Shown here piece after piece: positions 27,201 through 43,842 of a DNA stretch of 64,000 nucleotides (positions are counted from its first letter, which is position 1; each line of letters begins with the position of its first letter). The position numbers and the translations under genes are program-made. Source of the DNA: Eledone cirrhosa (lineage: Eukaryota); assembly GCA_964016885.1 (NCBI GenBank), contig OZ024745.1, forward strand, positions 18,414,001-18,478,000, given 5' to 3'. Below the pieces are notes generated by a model. That model searched no databases. It was not told where the DNA came from and saw only the letters and a program-made list of their open reading frames with translations.

Positions 27201-28318
27201 TACCTATATATCATCATATAGTATGAATGGGTATACCCTTGATATGATAGAAGAAACTGGTAATAAGAAAAACTGCGGAAGTGACTTCTTTGTCGTAAAC
27301 TAGTTCGAAAAGAAATTACACCCTATTTGGAGATATATTATAGCTATAAATATATATTTTATATCTATAAATTTAATTTCTAGAGATTAATTAAGAGGTT
27401 TATCAATTGCCGAGGTACATTAACAACTATACGTCTATACAAAAACGCAACAAAAGTAATTAGAGCTATAGCTAAGACGGTGAAACATTACAATTGCACC
27501 AACATACTAAATGAATGTTTCACTAACATATGTATATTTATAATTTACAAGTGTTGATGTCGAGATTTCTGTATGTGTAAATAATCGTCTATGTATTATA
27601 TAAAGTAAATATGTACCCATAAACCTTGATCAAATAAAGCCAAAAACCATATTAGTTACTACCTTCAATATACTGTTGCAACACGATTTTCATCTATAAC
27701 TTCATTTTAAGAATTATAAAGGAATTTATGGTCTTTCATCATATGAACCACTATAAATCACATTTACATGCACTTCTACTTGAAAATCCAATATGTAGTA
27801 TTGTAAAACCCGAAAATATATATAGAAAAGTACAGGAATGATATGCGCCTATGTGCATATAATTCTAGTTGAGAATATTACGATGTATGAAATGTAAAAG
27901 TAAAGTAAGATACATTTATATATGTAATGGAAAAATACAAAATATGTAAGGAATGGAAAAAATATAAAATAATATATGACAAGTTGGAGATGTTGAAAGT
28001 ATATGTAAGAAGAGAACATATTCATTTTCTTATGTAAGTTATACATCTATAAAATACAGCATATCTCTGATGTACGTTTAACCCAAGTAGTATTGAACAA
28101 AATTTTAAAAGGCAATAAATTTATCTGCAACATTTCAGAATTAAGAAAAAAGCAGCTAATGCAGTAATAATGGCAAATTTCAGCCTACAATAATGGTACG
28201 CCAAGATGCTTACAAGGAGCAATAAAAGTATCAACAATATATTTGAACCATTAGTTATTGATATATTAGCTGTATTAGGACATAATGTAGTACTATAAAC
28301 TTGCTGGCTTAAAAAAAC

Positions 28319-28425
<107 letters not shown>

Positions 28426-29021
28426 TTGCGAGGTTTTTTATATGAAATCGTGTATATATATATATATACATTGTTATACTTGGGGAGGGTCATATTGTTG
28501 TAATAATATTGCCAGAAATAATAACAGAACACACTCACTGTTTGGTTGGTTTTCGCTTCTGTATCTCTTATATCTCCACAGTTAATTCATTTGGCAATCA
28601 AAGTTTATCATTGACTGACCAACGGTCAAAAATACAGATATAAATACATATATATAGTCTAACAAAGTTCTTTCGTTGCACATATGCAGCATCATCAGTG
28701 GTACTATTATGTTCCTCTTGCTGTAATGTATGTCTACACCATTTTTATTTTATCTGTTTATTTATTTATTAATTTTGTCTTCTTCTCTGCGCATGCGTTT
28801 GCGTGTGTGTATAATGCCTGGTGTGTATGTTCGCGTTTGGGTGACTGTGTTTTGGTTATTTTATTCTATCTTAGTTTATTAGTGTGTGTTTATATGTGTT
28901 TGTTGTTATTGTGCTTGTGTATATATTTATTTATTTATTTATTTATTTATATTTCTCTTAAGTCAGTATTGTTTGACTGGGTGTTGCTCTTTCGGAATTA
29001 CCTAACACATAAAACGATAGG

Positions 29022-29129
29022 AAAATGTTCAAGACCCCGACAACAGCTCAAGGCGTTTCGACGGGTATTTCTGGACTGAAATAGCCGTCGAAACGGCTTG
29101 AGCTCTGCTCTGGCGGTCTTGAACATTTT
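29022..29129. repeat. Palindromic short repeat (gccgtcgaaacggc family)
   Basis: aaaatgttcaagacc...gtttcgacgg / ccgtcgaaacggc...ggtcttgaacatttt; related pieces at 2540-2602, 16721-16786, 51214-51282, all next to (TA)n. Confidence 0.75.
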
Positions 29130-29130
29130 G

Positions 29131-29194
<64 letters not shown>

Positions 29195-30232
29195 TATATA
29201 TGTATGTTGTATAATTGCAGCTATAAATTAATTTAGTTAAGTTTAGATGTATTCTGGAACAATTTCGGTGCGGTATATTATGATTACTTAACTGCCTTTT
29301 CATTAGGATGTGGTAATATCTATTTTGAGTTGAAACTTTGATTATTTGTAAATCCATTATGCCCATATCAGATCATTTTAATACATAACTGTCTAAGTAT
29401 GACTGTTAAAGGTATTAATGCATGATTGTAATTTAAATTTCTCCTACAATAAACCTTTTTGTAGGTTAGAAATTGTTTTTTGAAAGCAACGTTCTAAGTG
29501 ATATCCCATGACCCTTCTACTGCATAACACCATTATTTCAGCGGATGAAAGAGTGAAATAGTTGTTGAGAGAAAGGGAGAGAGGGAAACATAGAAATACA
29601 GAAATAACTATACTTTTTTTTTTACTTCACACGAACATTGTTATTAAATTCGAAATACATCGTACGTTATGCCAGAATTATATCTCCACTGAAGATCCGA
29701 ACTTTTAGTGAAAGATCCTGAGTTATCTCCCATACAAAAGGAGCAAAACTTTAATGAACAAGATACGAGTTATCTATATTTCTCACTGCGTATTGCATTT
29801 TCCCTATAACAGTTCGTTTGGTTTGTTTTTTGTTTTTTGTTTGTTTGTTTTTTTTATATCTGAAACATGAAACAATATTTTTATTTATTTATGTATTTTT
29901 GTCTTTAACATCCGTTTAACTATTTCTTTGGAATACCATCCAGAGAAACATTCCGAATAGCAGGAATGTACACGTCAAAGGCCTTAATGTAACGATGTGA
30001 GTAAAATATGGACGAAGTAAAAAAGCAGAAGATGGGTGAAGGATAAAAAGAAATATATTTGTGTATGAAAATAGATATATGATGTTGTCGGAGATGTGAT
30101 AATTGATGTGATAGAATGTAACGGCTTTTCATAGTGAGGTGAACTGTCCGAGTATTAACTATTCCATCAATGACAATACTATATGTACGATCACCAATTC
30201 TAGGATAGCAGATCCTCTGCTTTGTCTGTTGG

Positions 30233-30725
<493 letters not shown>

Positions 30726-32761
30726 TATAATCATGAAAGAGAATGATCGAGAGGAAGCGAGTGCGAGTGTAAGAACGGAAGAGGTCAGAAGATTTATTGC
30801 ATCATCGTAATGTCCTTTAATATATACAGAACTATCAACGTTAATGAAGACAATCCTATACAAAGCACACATCTATTACAGTACTCTGTGTGTAAAGGAA
30901 TATATTTATGGAATGTTCAGTAGCTTCTATTCAGGCATCAGCATAAATATATACAATTAAGAGAAGATTGAAAGAATAATAAATACTATGTTCTGATGCT
31001 AACTGTTCTGTTGGAAAACTTACATAGAAGTTGACGACTGAAAGGCATACGATGTCTCCTTTCAGATTATGTCTGTTTATATGAAATAGTATACTACCTA
31101 TCTTAAAAATAAGCTATCATTCAAATACATGTTATGTTAAAAGACATGGAATTCTAATGTAAGACGTAGCCTGTCTAGTGAATGTATCTGTGTATGTCTA
31201 TGAAAACCAGAATACATAAAATTTCGAGTGTGTCCGCCACCGTGAAAACAAACACAGTTACTTCAGGCTTTATGTTTCTCAAATTTATAATGTAGTCTAG
31301 CTATCTGCTAAGAGATATCAAGTATTAAATCTAAACTCACTTCTAATTTGAACTACGTGAAAATTAACTGCATGGCATATGGCAATGATTAGTCTGAAAT
31401 TCTCTAATTCGACCTCAAAAGGAAAACTTTAGTAACCAGAAATTATGTGGAGATAAGATTTTGAAGTACGTTTAGTGCAGAGTCTGGGGCAGTTTTAAGG
31501 GAACAGACACAAATAGATTGAATATAACGTTGTTATAATGGTGTTGTGATAGTGAGAAATTTTGTATAAACTTCAAAATTTAGCTTTTCGAAGACTTTAG
31601 TAGTATGTTAACCCTGAATAAGAGAGCATAGCAAAATTCTTGTGTTTATATCTTGTTCTTCCCGATGAAAAATAGGTGTTATGTCACCATACAATGATAG
31701 TTTGACATATCGCAGCGTATACACAATGCATGTCAGGTATACGAGAGTGGGCTGAAAAGTGTTCCATTGGATATGTACCTGCTACCCCCAGAAATATATT
31801 TGTAGGAGAAAATAGAGATTGTATATGAAAGAAAAACGTTATTTTAATGAACGGAGAACCTCAATGTCTGATAATGATTTTCGTCGCTCAAATTATAGCA
31901 GGAAATTTGATCCAACTCCGGTGACTTTTTAGCCAACATATAACACGATAAAATTAGTTGAACCATGATTATTATATTCATAAATGAGGAAGTCACCATC
32001 ACAATTTTGGCATTGAACGGACAAAGCCGAGTTGATAAATTGGATACTGTTACACCACGACGGTTCCAAAATTAATGCGATTTTTTAGGAGAACATTTCT
32101 AAATTTAGAGGAATTAATTATGTAACAGATTAGTTATCCAAAAAGGGTAAACTTCGAAATTGGTGCAAGCAGTGTGAAGTCACTGATAAATGGAAAATTA
32201 ATTTAGATCTTATCGGGAGATACTGAAAATAGAATATTTACACTCGGTTTAACTCTCTTATAGTTCTTTCTTTTTCACCTTAATCGTCTTTCGTTCTCTC
32301 TTTCTCTCTTATAATTTCTCCAAATCCTACCACATTCTCTCCCATCTTCCTTTTGTATTTCTGTATCTTCACTATTTCAACACTTTCTTATTTTATATTG
32401 TTTCTCTTTCCTGATTTTCTGTCCAAGTCTTCCTCTTTTTAACGATTTGTTCTTCTCCCCTTACTTCCGATTTCTAATATGTTATACACGTCTCTCATCT
32501 TCTATTCTTTCCTTTACATTTTAAACGTAACATAATTTCTACTGCAATATTCACATTGTTACGTTTATTTAGCAAGCCCAACGCCCTTACTACGGCTTAA
32601 AACAAACAAGAACGTGTGCTCATATGTGTCTATGAATTCATTATATGAGTAATAACGGTTAATATTTTATTCTTTGTCATTTTTATAAAGAGTTTCTCTA
32701 AATATACTTAGTTCTATGAAATATCGCTTTTATAAAAACAGTAGCGTTTCTTAGATGTGAT

Positions 32762-32856
<95 letters not shown>

Positions 32857-34179
32857 TACTATTTTTATGAACATCTCTTAAAATACTTTGTTTTAATATT
32901 ATGTCCATGCCCAGACTCCTGGCAGCATAGTAAGCCATCTTAAAACAATTAGAACAGTTCTGGGTTCTCTATATTTTAATTGAACCAGCTTTTTCTTCTT
33001 GGTGTGTAACCAATTGAAAGTGATATGATTACCCGATGATACTAGTTGAATCTGTTTTAACTGGAGGCTCGTACCAATTAGTAAACATTCCTAACCACGT
33101 GTAATGCCTTACAAAGCTGTTTATGTTCTACTGCATTATGCTCCATGATTTATGTATAATACCTCACAAATGGTTTCCAACAGCTCGTTATGGTGGAGGG
33201 TTCCACACATGTGGTAGTGCTAACATACCTGCGGTAGTACCAATAACAAAACGAAAACTACATTTTAACGGTGTTTCATCTATAATGAGACCACCGCGAG
33301 TCTGTACAACGACAATTGCAAGAATATGATTAACTGTCAAATAAACCAATACAGACATATTGCAGATGACTATTACAAAGCAAAACAATAAAAATATCCC
33401 CTCCTCGAATGAAGCAGCACCATCACTAAGACAAAAGGTTACAACTATACACCAAGTAATCGAGAAGATTAGATCTTGTTAAGGCATGATTATTTCGACT
33501 GAACCAATAAAACAGCCGATTAGCATCATCCTACGATAGAAAATAAATAAATAGAAAAATCTTCTACTTGCCAAAAGGCCGATAAACAAACACCCATCGC
33601 TAAAATCATTACCTGAGTAGGAGCACAGCTTGAACAACAGGAGTCACATAATTGAGGCCGAAAGAAAATAGAGAAGAATTTAAAGAATAAAAATACATGT
33701 TATTTTGTTTACGGGATGAATCGATAAAAACAGAAAATTGTAAATTGTTAATGTTCGTCAATAATCTATCGAAAAATATTAGCGAATTATTTACATGGTA
33801 TTGGGAACTTAGTGTTCGATCTAAAGTTACGTGTGTTCACGTCTAACTTCGGTACATGCAAGAATTATCTGAATTCTGTCAGTAAATTTTATTCGGAAGA
33901 TAGCAAGGATTTTCCCTAACTGAAAGTGTATCAGTCAAGCGGTACCCATATCCTCACACGCTGTTGTTCGTGCTTTGATCTATAAATTGCTCTTCATGAC
34001 GTATTGTTATCCCCACCCTTCTCTTTATTGTGATTCCTAAATCTCCGATGACAACTTGAAATATCAGGACATTGCCACCGTAATTTTTCTGTTACTTTGG
34101 GATTGAAGATTTCACGTCAGTTTAATATTTCGGATTAATGTCTTCATTTTTCTTCGCTTTTGAGCATGGGGTTAGAATG

Positions 34180-34384
34180 TCTGAGGATAGAATCGCTGGA
34201 TAGATTTTACGAGCAAAACCAACCGGCAGAAGACCGAGTGGTAGACACCGAGCAAGATGGTTGGATAACATCCATGAGCTTCGCTGGTCTCGCTTAGGGA
34301 TTCGACGGGATCAGTGGGGGACGTTTGCTTCTGACAGTACCTACTGGAAGGAGTGTTTGAGGACTCTGCCTCCATGAACTTCTC

Positions 34385-34413
<29 letters not shown>
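34180..34413 (+). mobile_element. RTE-clade LINE 3' end with (AGA)n tail
   Basis: Reads AKPTGRRPSGRHRARWLDNIHEL...YWKECLRTLPP, typical RTE C-terminus, then aagaagaag tail. Confidence 0.75.
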
Positions 34414-34415
<2 letters not shown>

Positions 34416-34940
34416 GTTACATTAGCTTACTACGTCAATTATCAGGTAAAGTGTTTCCATAACGACCGCTAAAATACCCGACATCTTAACTTGTATATTC
34501 TTTTCGGTATGTATGGAAAACTTCTACAGTAGTTTCATCTACGTGTTTTCTCGTACTTACATTTTTGTCACCACAAAAAGGTCATAGCTTTTACTGAGGG
34601 GCAAACCCAAATATTCCAGTTAATTATTGCTGCTATTTTAACATGTTTATGTTTTTTAAACTCGTTTTGTACTAAATGAGAGTATTCTGATTACTTTCCA
34701 CATTATACATTTGAGTGAATAGCCTTGTTTATTGATATCATGCATTATTGATATCATACATTATTGATATCATGGATTCATAGAGTCAGTAGAGCATCGT
34801 GCAAATACATAACTACATTTGTTCCGGTATTTTACGTTCAGAGTACAGTCCTATTGAGATCAATTTTACAGAAAATAAAGTATCAGTAATGGAGTCGGTT
34901 AAACCGATTTTCCATTTCCTCAGTTTGCTAAATTAGAAAA

Positions 34941-35130
34941 GTTCTTCTTCTTCTTCTTCTTCTTCTTCTTCTTCTTCTTCTTCTTCTTCTTCTTCTTCTT
35001 CTTCTTCTTCTTCTTCTTCTTCTTCTTCTTCTTCTTCTTCTTCTTCTTCTTCTTCGCCCACTTAATCCTGGGATCGTCATTGGGGCAGGCTCCTCGAACA
35101 CTCCTCCCAGCAGGTCTTGTCAGGAGCAAC
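34941..35130 (-). mobile_element. Short RTE-type 3' end with long (GAA)n tail
   Basis: (TTC)n 34942-35055 then about 75 bp unique sequence; candidate TSD ttagaaa at 34933-34939 and 35133-35139. Confidence 0.55.
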
Positions 35131-35189
35131 CGTTAGAAATTATCTTTAATAATATGTTAATTACAATTATCATTATTATTATCACTAGT

Positions 35190-35405
35190 AGGGCGGTGGA
35201 TTGGTAATATTGGTAGAGCGTCGGACGCCATACTTAGCAGCATAGAGTTACAGCTCTTTATGATCTGAGTTCAAATCCCGCCGAGGTTAACTTTACCTTT
35301 CATCCTTATGGGGTCGATAAAATAAAGTACCAGTCACGTACTGGGGTCGATTTAATCGACTTTCCCCTCCCCCCAAATAACTGGCCTTGTGCCTATATAA
35401 GAAAC
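35190..35405 (+). mobile_element. tRNA-derived SINE, longer subfamily
   Basis: Family sequence with extra ggggtcgatttaatcgactttcccctccccc segment; 19-bp TSD cattattattatcactagt at 35171-35189 and 35406-35424. Confidence 0.93.
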
Positions 35406-35786
35406 CATTATTATTATCACTAGTCATTGTAGTAGTCGTAGTAGAGAGAATGAGAGAAAGAAACAGAGTGAGAGAGAGAGAAAATGGATAAAATTGTGTG
35501 AATTATGTATGTTAATGATAATAATTTCGACGTCATATGTCCATTTTGTGTAGAAAAGACGGATAGTTGATAGAATGAAGCGACGGAACATGTTTTATCG
35601 ACCGAGACATAATGAAAGTGAGGCTTGACCTGAGGCTGATGTGAAGCCGACACGCAAAGAATGAAACACGATACCGCAGGGCATTAATACGATGGGGTAG
35701 TATGTGTTAAATCACCGCTCTAACAGTTCTTATTAGCTATAATGCAAAGCCAATTAATATCAAACTACATTTTTTTTAGTACAGAC

Positions 35787-35824
<38 letters not shown>

Positions 35825-35837
35825 ATTTATACATATA

Positions 35838-36918
<1,081 letters not shown>

Positions 36919-37106
36919 GAGAAAAAAAAACACGTTGTTTAATAATTGAATCTGTCAATTTTGTAGCTGAAGAACAATTTTCGATTTTTCTTCCACCTTA
37001 TCCCTCGCGTTCAAACACAAATACACCTCCAAACATTTTTTTAGATATGCATGTGTGTGTGCGTATGGCAGTGTCTTGGTGTGTATATGTGCGATTTCTC
37101 CCTCCG

Positions 37107-37180
<74 letters not shown>

Positions 37181-37219
37181 AAATAATGTATATATGTATA
37201 TATTTACACCATTTCTGTT

Positions 37220-37298
<79 letters not shown>

Positions 37299-37419
37299 CG
37301 ATAGAGAAAGAGACGGACAGAATGAATGTGTCGGTGACGCATGCGCATAGAGAATATTGTACCTTTCTACATACGTTCAAAAGTGCATCTAGCTCATACA
37401 TCACACACTTATGTCTGTA

Positions 37420-37762
37420 TGGACATGTGCATGTATACATATGCCGGTGTACTACAGACAAGTGTGTGTATGAATCTGTGTATGTGTACATATGTTGGGG
37501 CACTACAAACAAGTGTGTGTATGTGTATGCTTGTCTGTATACATATGTTGGTACACTAGCAAAAAGTGTGCGTATGAATGCGTGTATATATACATATGTT
37601 GGTGCACTGCAAACAATTGTGAGTGTGTGTATGTTTGCCTGTCTATATATGTTGGGGAACTGCAAACAAGTGAGTGTATATGTGTGCGTATATGTATACA
37701 TATGTCGGTGCACTACAGACAAGTGTGCGTTTGTGAGCATGTCTGGTTGGTGCATTACAAAC
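37420..37762. repeat. Minisatellite, about 50-60 bp unit
   Basis: Recurring tacatatgt(c/t)ggtgcactacagacaagtgtg. Confidence 0.8.
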
Positions 37763-37990
37763 AAGATTGAATTCTAGTTTAATTTTATTTGTAATTGTTT
37801 CTGTTTTTAAATATTTGCATCGGAATTTGTTTTAAAAGAAACCTCTCATCAATGTGTCTATAACATTACGGTCTCATTTTCTTGATGCAGTCAGGTTGTT
37901 GTGTGTTAGTAAGGATGGTCAAACAGATTTTCTCTAAACGCTACACCCAGGATTTAAAATTGGGCCGATGTTTTATTCATTTACATTATT

Positions 37991-38183
37991 AGGGCGGTGG
38001 ATTGGCATTATCGGTAGAGGGCCGGACGCCATGCTTTGCAGCACAGTTACATCCCTTTATGGACTGAGTTCAAATCCCACCGACGTTAACTTTGCCTTTC
38101 ATCCTTACGGGGTCGATAAAATAAAGTACCAGTAATACAGTGGGGTAATTGCTGGCCTTATGCCAAAAGTAGAAACAATTATT
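37991..38183 (+). mobile_element. tRNA-derived SINE (main family)
   Basis: Full family sequence; flanking attattag repeat. Confidence 0.92.
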
Positions 38184-38226
38184 AGTAATATATTTGTTAC
38201 TGCCAATATATATATATATATATATA

Positions 38227-38264
<38 letters not shown>

Positions 38265-38722
38265 GTGGCGACCTATGTAGGGAATCGTATTATCGTGAGC
38301 TCCGCAAAGGTTTGTTGTTTTCAGTTGTTTAAAATTGCCATTTATGGAAAATTGTTATTGTTAACTGTATATAAGTACACATACATTGTTTTCTGAAAAG
38401 GACACTAAAAAATATTGGGGCCTTGAGCCCAAAATTTACACTTTTATAATTATCAAACAAAAATTTCTTTGAAAAAAATCATGGACGACTCACAGTCACA
38501 CCTTCCTCACAAACTAACACCTCACACCGACACCACCATTGTAAATATTACTATGTTTGCCAACACTAAAAATATAAGCAGTAGCAATAATTTAAATATG
38601 TCTCATGCAGACATTCATTTCCCGCCATTACCAATGACTGCAGGTGTTGAAGCCGCCACCCTCACCACCACCACAGCGACAACAGAAACAAAAGAAAAAA
38701 AAAATTATCTCGTGACATCGAA

Positions 38723-40386
38723 ATGGATTCACCCAAAATGGACTCTTCCACACCGAACACCACTGACGCCACAACCAGCACAACTGAAACTAAAAATAAC
38801 AATAACAAAAATAACGATAACAACAACAGCAACAACAGCAACAACAACAATGAGAATAAGAAAACCACCCTGTCTTTTGCCAGAGTAGCAAAAAAGTGCG
38901 AAGCAATACAGGAGGAATTAGATGAAGCCAAGAGAATGGTAAAGAAAGATGGGTACAGGGTCAACCTCACCCCCCCCCCCGCATACACACACACACACCT
39001 AATAAAATGGAGCATCGGCGCCTATACACCGTGTCTTATCGGACGATTAACATAAAATCTCGCCGAGTGGAACGGGCATCCGAGTCCCAAATCCCAAAAG
39101 CTTTGGGACATGTGTGGCCAAAGAAAACCCACATCAGACGTGGGCAGAAATGTGGAACCGTGGACGTGTACTTTGGAACACCACAGGAGGCCAGAGAACG
39201 CTCCATGGTCCCATTAAGAAGTGATAACTTCACACTCGTCCCAAGCTATTGTGGCCAGAGACTCGTGAAGATCAGGGTGACCCACGTTCCACCGGCCATC
39301 AAAATTCCCTGGCTAATGGCTCCCGTCCTCGCTGGCATCGAGGCCAACACCAAGATAATCGAAATAGCGAAAGAAAAGCAGGAGAACTGGTCCGGATCTG
39401 GGATGGAGTTCCTGATCCAAGCGGAACAAAAAAGTATTGAGGAGATCCCAGAGGTAATAGACCTCACTGAAGGCAGCCACCTCACCGTAATCATCGAATG
39501 CAGAAGGCCTAGGTGTGTCGTTTGTGATGAAGGAACCCACCTAAGGGCTTTCTGCCCTCAGGCTAAAAGGTTGAGGCCACCTCTCTTACCCACCCCAGTG
39601 ACTCAACCATCAACACCACCAGCAGCAGAAATGGCAGCAACAACTGTAGCAGCAACAACCCCAGCAAGAGTAGCAAAACCAACGCCACCACACCCAACGC
39701 ACCAGAACTAGCACCAGCGCCTACACCATCCACCATGCCACAACCAAAACTAACGCCTGTGGGGGATTTTCCAATCCCCGACCTATCGCAACTGGAGATA
39801 GATTGGGACGACGAGGAGTGGGAAACGGTATCAGGAAAAAAAGAAAAAAAGAAAAAGAAACCAAAAAGAAAAAAATTCTCTTCCTTCCCCCTCCAAAAAC
39901 AAAATACAGAGGGAAACAAATAAACTATCAAACAAAAAGCTTAGAACAGCTATGCCACCATCCACACCAGTATCACCAACCCCATCACCACAAACACCAA
40001 CACCATCACCAACACCACAAAAGTCACCAAAAAGCGGAACAGAAATCAACCCACAACAAACGCAAACAAAACAAAACAACCAAAACGATACACACTACAC
40101 AGCATTAAATTTGAACAACAACCAATTATTACGGTACATCCAACACAACACCAGCATCACACAACAAGACTACACAACAACCCAAAAGTTCACACCACCT
40201 CCACACAGACAAATCACTCGCATCACACAGAAAACGTACATGACATTAAAACAAAAATTCCCCAAAGACAACGTAGACTTCCGACAAGCACTCTCCAGGA
40301 GGATTTATAAGGACATCCTTCCGGAGGAGGCCACAAGCAGTGAAAAGGATGGAGAAACTATCCTTCCTCTACGAGAAGTAAGGTAA
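38723..40386 (+). pseudogene. LINE ORF1 (gag-like, CCHC zinc knuckle), frameshifted
   Basis: LSFARVA motif, CVVCDEGTHLRAFC knuckle, EWETVSGKK-basic motif; split over ORFs 38723, 39007, 39735 and 39952 in different frames. Confidence 0.8.
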
Positions 40387-40420
40387 GTGGTCTTTCCCAT
40401 CTTTTCCACTCCATTTCAAC

Positions 40421-43400
40421 ATGACCTCACTCAGAATAGGCAGCATAATTGCGCACTGGCTTGGGGTCGTCATGGAAGCAGGGCCACCTGCTCAAAGACC
40501 TCAGGTCACTAAACATAGGTGTAGTGGCCATCAGCGAGACCAGAATCTCCGAAGCACAGGCTTTCGCACCGATCTTTGGCGGCTACGATGTGTACGCATC
40601 TCCCAGCCGTCCGGAATCGGGGGGAGGAGTTGCTGTGCTTTTTCGGAGAGGTTTGGATCTTGCCATACGGGCCATCTTCCTGGACCCAGAGGGAAAGTTG
40701 GTGGTGCTGGACGTGACCAGCGGAGACGGGCAAGCTTTCAGGCTAGTGGCCGTCTATCTCCCGACAGGAGCAGGGCGGCCTGATTTCTTCCGGCGTCTGG
40801 AGACCTTTCTTCGAATGTCCCGCTCTTTAGTGTTAGTGGGCGACAGGAACGGGATCTTAGATGCCCGCTGGGACTGTGTAGGATTAGCGGATAGGGGTGG
40901 AGAGTGCAAGAGCCTCACCAACCTGCTCAGCCGTTTTGAACTGTCTGACAGGTACCGATTGGATTTCCCTAATGTGCCAATGTGGACTTGGACAAATCGC
41001 ATAGGGTCATCCAGATCATATCTAGATAGAGTATTTTGTAGGGAAATAGATAGGTCTAGCATAGGCTGTCCACAATTCAAGATAGTCAGCTACACGGACC
41101 ACAAATTCGTGATCTGTGTGCTTGACTTAGATAGGCTTCATAGACGAGGACCCGGCTACTGGAAGCTAAACGCGTCCTTACCAGCGCGCAAGGCCTACAG
41201 AGACCGGATTAGCGAACTAGTTAAGCGGGCGTTGACGGGGGCCATCGTCAACAACAAGTGGTGGTTTGCTCTGAAAAGAGCAATTAGAATAGAGTCCATT
41301 AGGTTTAGTAAGACTTTAGCAATAGAGAAAAATAGAGCAGAGGGAGAATTAGTTAGAAAATTAGATGAGGCGCTTAGCAAAGGCATCGCGACCGACATAC
41401 TTGCGGCGAAATTGGCCCTTGACCAATTCTTCAATGCAAAGCACGAAGGCTGCGTTGTCAGAGCTAGGGTGCGTGCTCTCAGACACGAGGGGACGAAAGC
41501 CGTTCAATGGGCCCGAGTGGCGGAGGCGCGTCGTGGCAACAAAGCCACGATCCGGTCTTTGGTGGACCACGACGGGCGCATGCTACTCGATCCCGGGCAA
41601 ATGTGTGAAGCTTTTCAGCGACACTTCGCTCAACTGTTCGGGGGCAGTGGCGGGCCGGATCGAGGGATGGACTTTAGTGTCTACCTCGACGGACTGCCGC
41701 GACTTTCGGCCACTGAGGCGGAGTGTTGCGAAAAGCCGATAACAACCGCTGAAGTACGGGATGCAATGACTAGTTGCACAAGGGGTAAATCGCCTGGTTT
41801 GGATGGTCTGCCCTATGAACTTTACGTACAAATGCCAAACTTGTTCGGAGGCCTCTTGGCGGACGTCTACTGCAACTGGCAACAGAACGGGAGAATTCCC
41901 AGCTCTGTGAGCCGAGGAGCGGTGGCGCTGCTGAGAAAGGATCCGAACAAGGGGGATAACATAGATAATTTTAGGCCCATAACTCTGCTAAACACAGAGT
42001 TCAAGATTTTGGCCAAGGTGCTAGCAAAGAGGTTGGCGCTTGTCGTTGGTGGTCTGGTGGGAGAGGCACAGACATGCGCCATTCCCGACAGATCCATCCA
42101 CGACAACCTCCACCTCATGCGATACATCGTAGAGAGGGTAGCTAGGGAACATGGCACGGGTGGGTCTTTGATCAATTTAGATCAGTCGAAAGCCTTCGAT
42201 AGGGTCGACCATCGTTACCTAACGGCAGTCCTGAGGGCGGCTGGCTTTGGGCCCGTCTTCAGAGGCTGGATCGCTGCCATGCACAGCGACATCTGCTCTG
42301 TAGTGAGAGTGAACGGTCACCTTTCGGAACCGTTCAACATCATGCGCTCGGTCCGCCAAGGATGTCCCCTCTCGTCCCTATTGTACGTATTGACTCTCGA
42401 GCCATTACTGCACAAACTGGAGACGTTGAGGGGGGTCCCGCGCGAACTAGGATGCGGAAGATCCGTGTCAGCATATGCCGACGATGTCACCGTAGTGGTG
42501 TCGAACGCCAAACACATCGAGGCGATCGGCACTACACTAAGAGAATACGAAGCGGTGACAGGAGCGATGATCAACCAGGAAAAGTCAGTGGGCCTGCAGC
42601 TCGGCACCTGGAGAGGCAGGTCCATGCCGTCCAACAGCGTCGTCGGGCGCTGGACGGACGGACCGGTTAAATTGCTAGGGGTCTGGTTCGGTCCAGACCT
42701 CCAGACGGACAAAAACTGGGACGAGGTGACGAGCAGGGTGGCTTCTCTCACCCAGAAATGGGCCGAGAGGAAGCTATCCCTGAAAGGTCGAGCGGAGGTG
42801 GCGAATGCGTACATCGCATCCGTCATCTACTACCGCCTGACCGTCGTAACTTGTCCTAAGCCCCGCCTGACTGCGCTGGAGCGTTTGCTCTTTCGCTTCT
42901 TGTGGAAGGGACGCGCTCCGATGGTCAGGCGGTCCATCTGCTGTCAACACCCGCTACGTGGAGGGCTGGGCATGCCGTGGCTGATGATGCGCAGACACGC
43001 GCTCAGGCTACGACATCTCCACCTCTTCCTCGACGGTGATCAGGTGTGGTCGCCGTTTGCAAGACACGTTTTTCCCCAGCTTGTTTCCTTGACGGAGCTG
43101 CAGTCCTGGGTCAAGCGAAGACCGAGAGGGAGCGCTTGGAGACTGGAATGTCTTCAGGCGCTCACAGCCCTCGACCAATCGGGCAATGTGATCGGTGGAA
43201 ACTCCACCTTGGCGTTCTATAGGGGATTAGTGGAGGGGAAGAGCGACGACGTACCCTGGAGAAACTCTAGGCGTCGACGAAAATCAACTAGCCGATCTCT
43301 TCGGAAGGACTTTCGGGCCGGGGCCTATGGACAACTTCCAGAAATCCCTGGCCTGGCAGTGCTACCGAGGAGCTTTGCCAGTTCGGGATAAACTCTACAG

Positions 43401-43842
43401 GCATGGAGGTGCCGTCAGCCGGGCATGTCCGAGATGCGCGCAGGGCGACGAAACCGTCCTGCACGCACTCGTCCAGTGTCCGAGCATTGCTGACTTGTGG
43501 GTTTATGTCGAACACCTGCTGTCACGTGTAGGACGGATCCAGCTATCAGCTGAGTCCATCGTGAGGATTGCCCCACCCCCTTCCTTTAGCCTGGAAGGGC
43601 AGGCAGTTTTTATCTGTCTGGTGGCCATGGCGAAAGAGATAGTATGGTGGACACGTTTGAAAGGGCTGAAGACGAGCACTTACCTCTTCGGTGTTGCCCT
43701 GATTAACTTTTTCAAATTTCATTTGAAAAGGAAAATCAGGGTAGAGAGGGAAGTGCTCTCTTCCCAGCATTTTGTTGAAAGATGGGTGAGAGAAGCAAGT
43801 ATGGCCCGAATGAATGGGCCTTCTCTGAGTATGTGTCTGTAA
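40421..43842 (+). pseudogene. LINE ORF2: APE endonuclease, reverse transcriptase, C-terminal zinc finger; two frameshifts
   Basis: AISET, VGDRN, SYLDR, TDH (APE); GYWKLN; KSPGLDG, FRPITLLN, LDQSKAFDRV, VRQGCPLS, YADD (RT); CPRC...HALVQC; frameshifts near 40456 and 43255. Confidence 0.93.

Noticed and set aside
31740-32090. Mariner-like terminal motifs (tacgagagtgggctgaaaag; acgacggttccaaaattaatgcg)
   Set aside because: No matching inverted partner or transposase motif found; too decayed to call.
37420-37762. Regularly spaced repeats as a CRISPR array (also 51545-51790)
   Set aside because: Degenerate tandem minisatellites without unique spacers; eukaryotic context with no cas genes.
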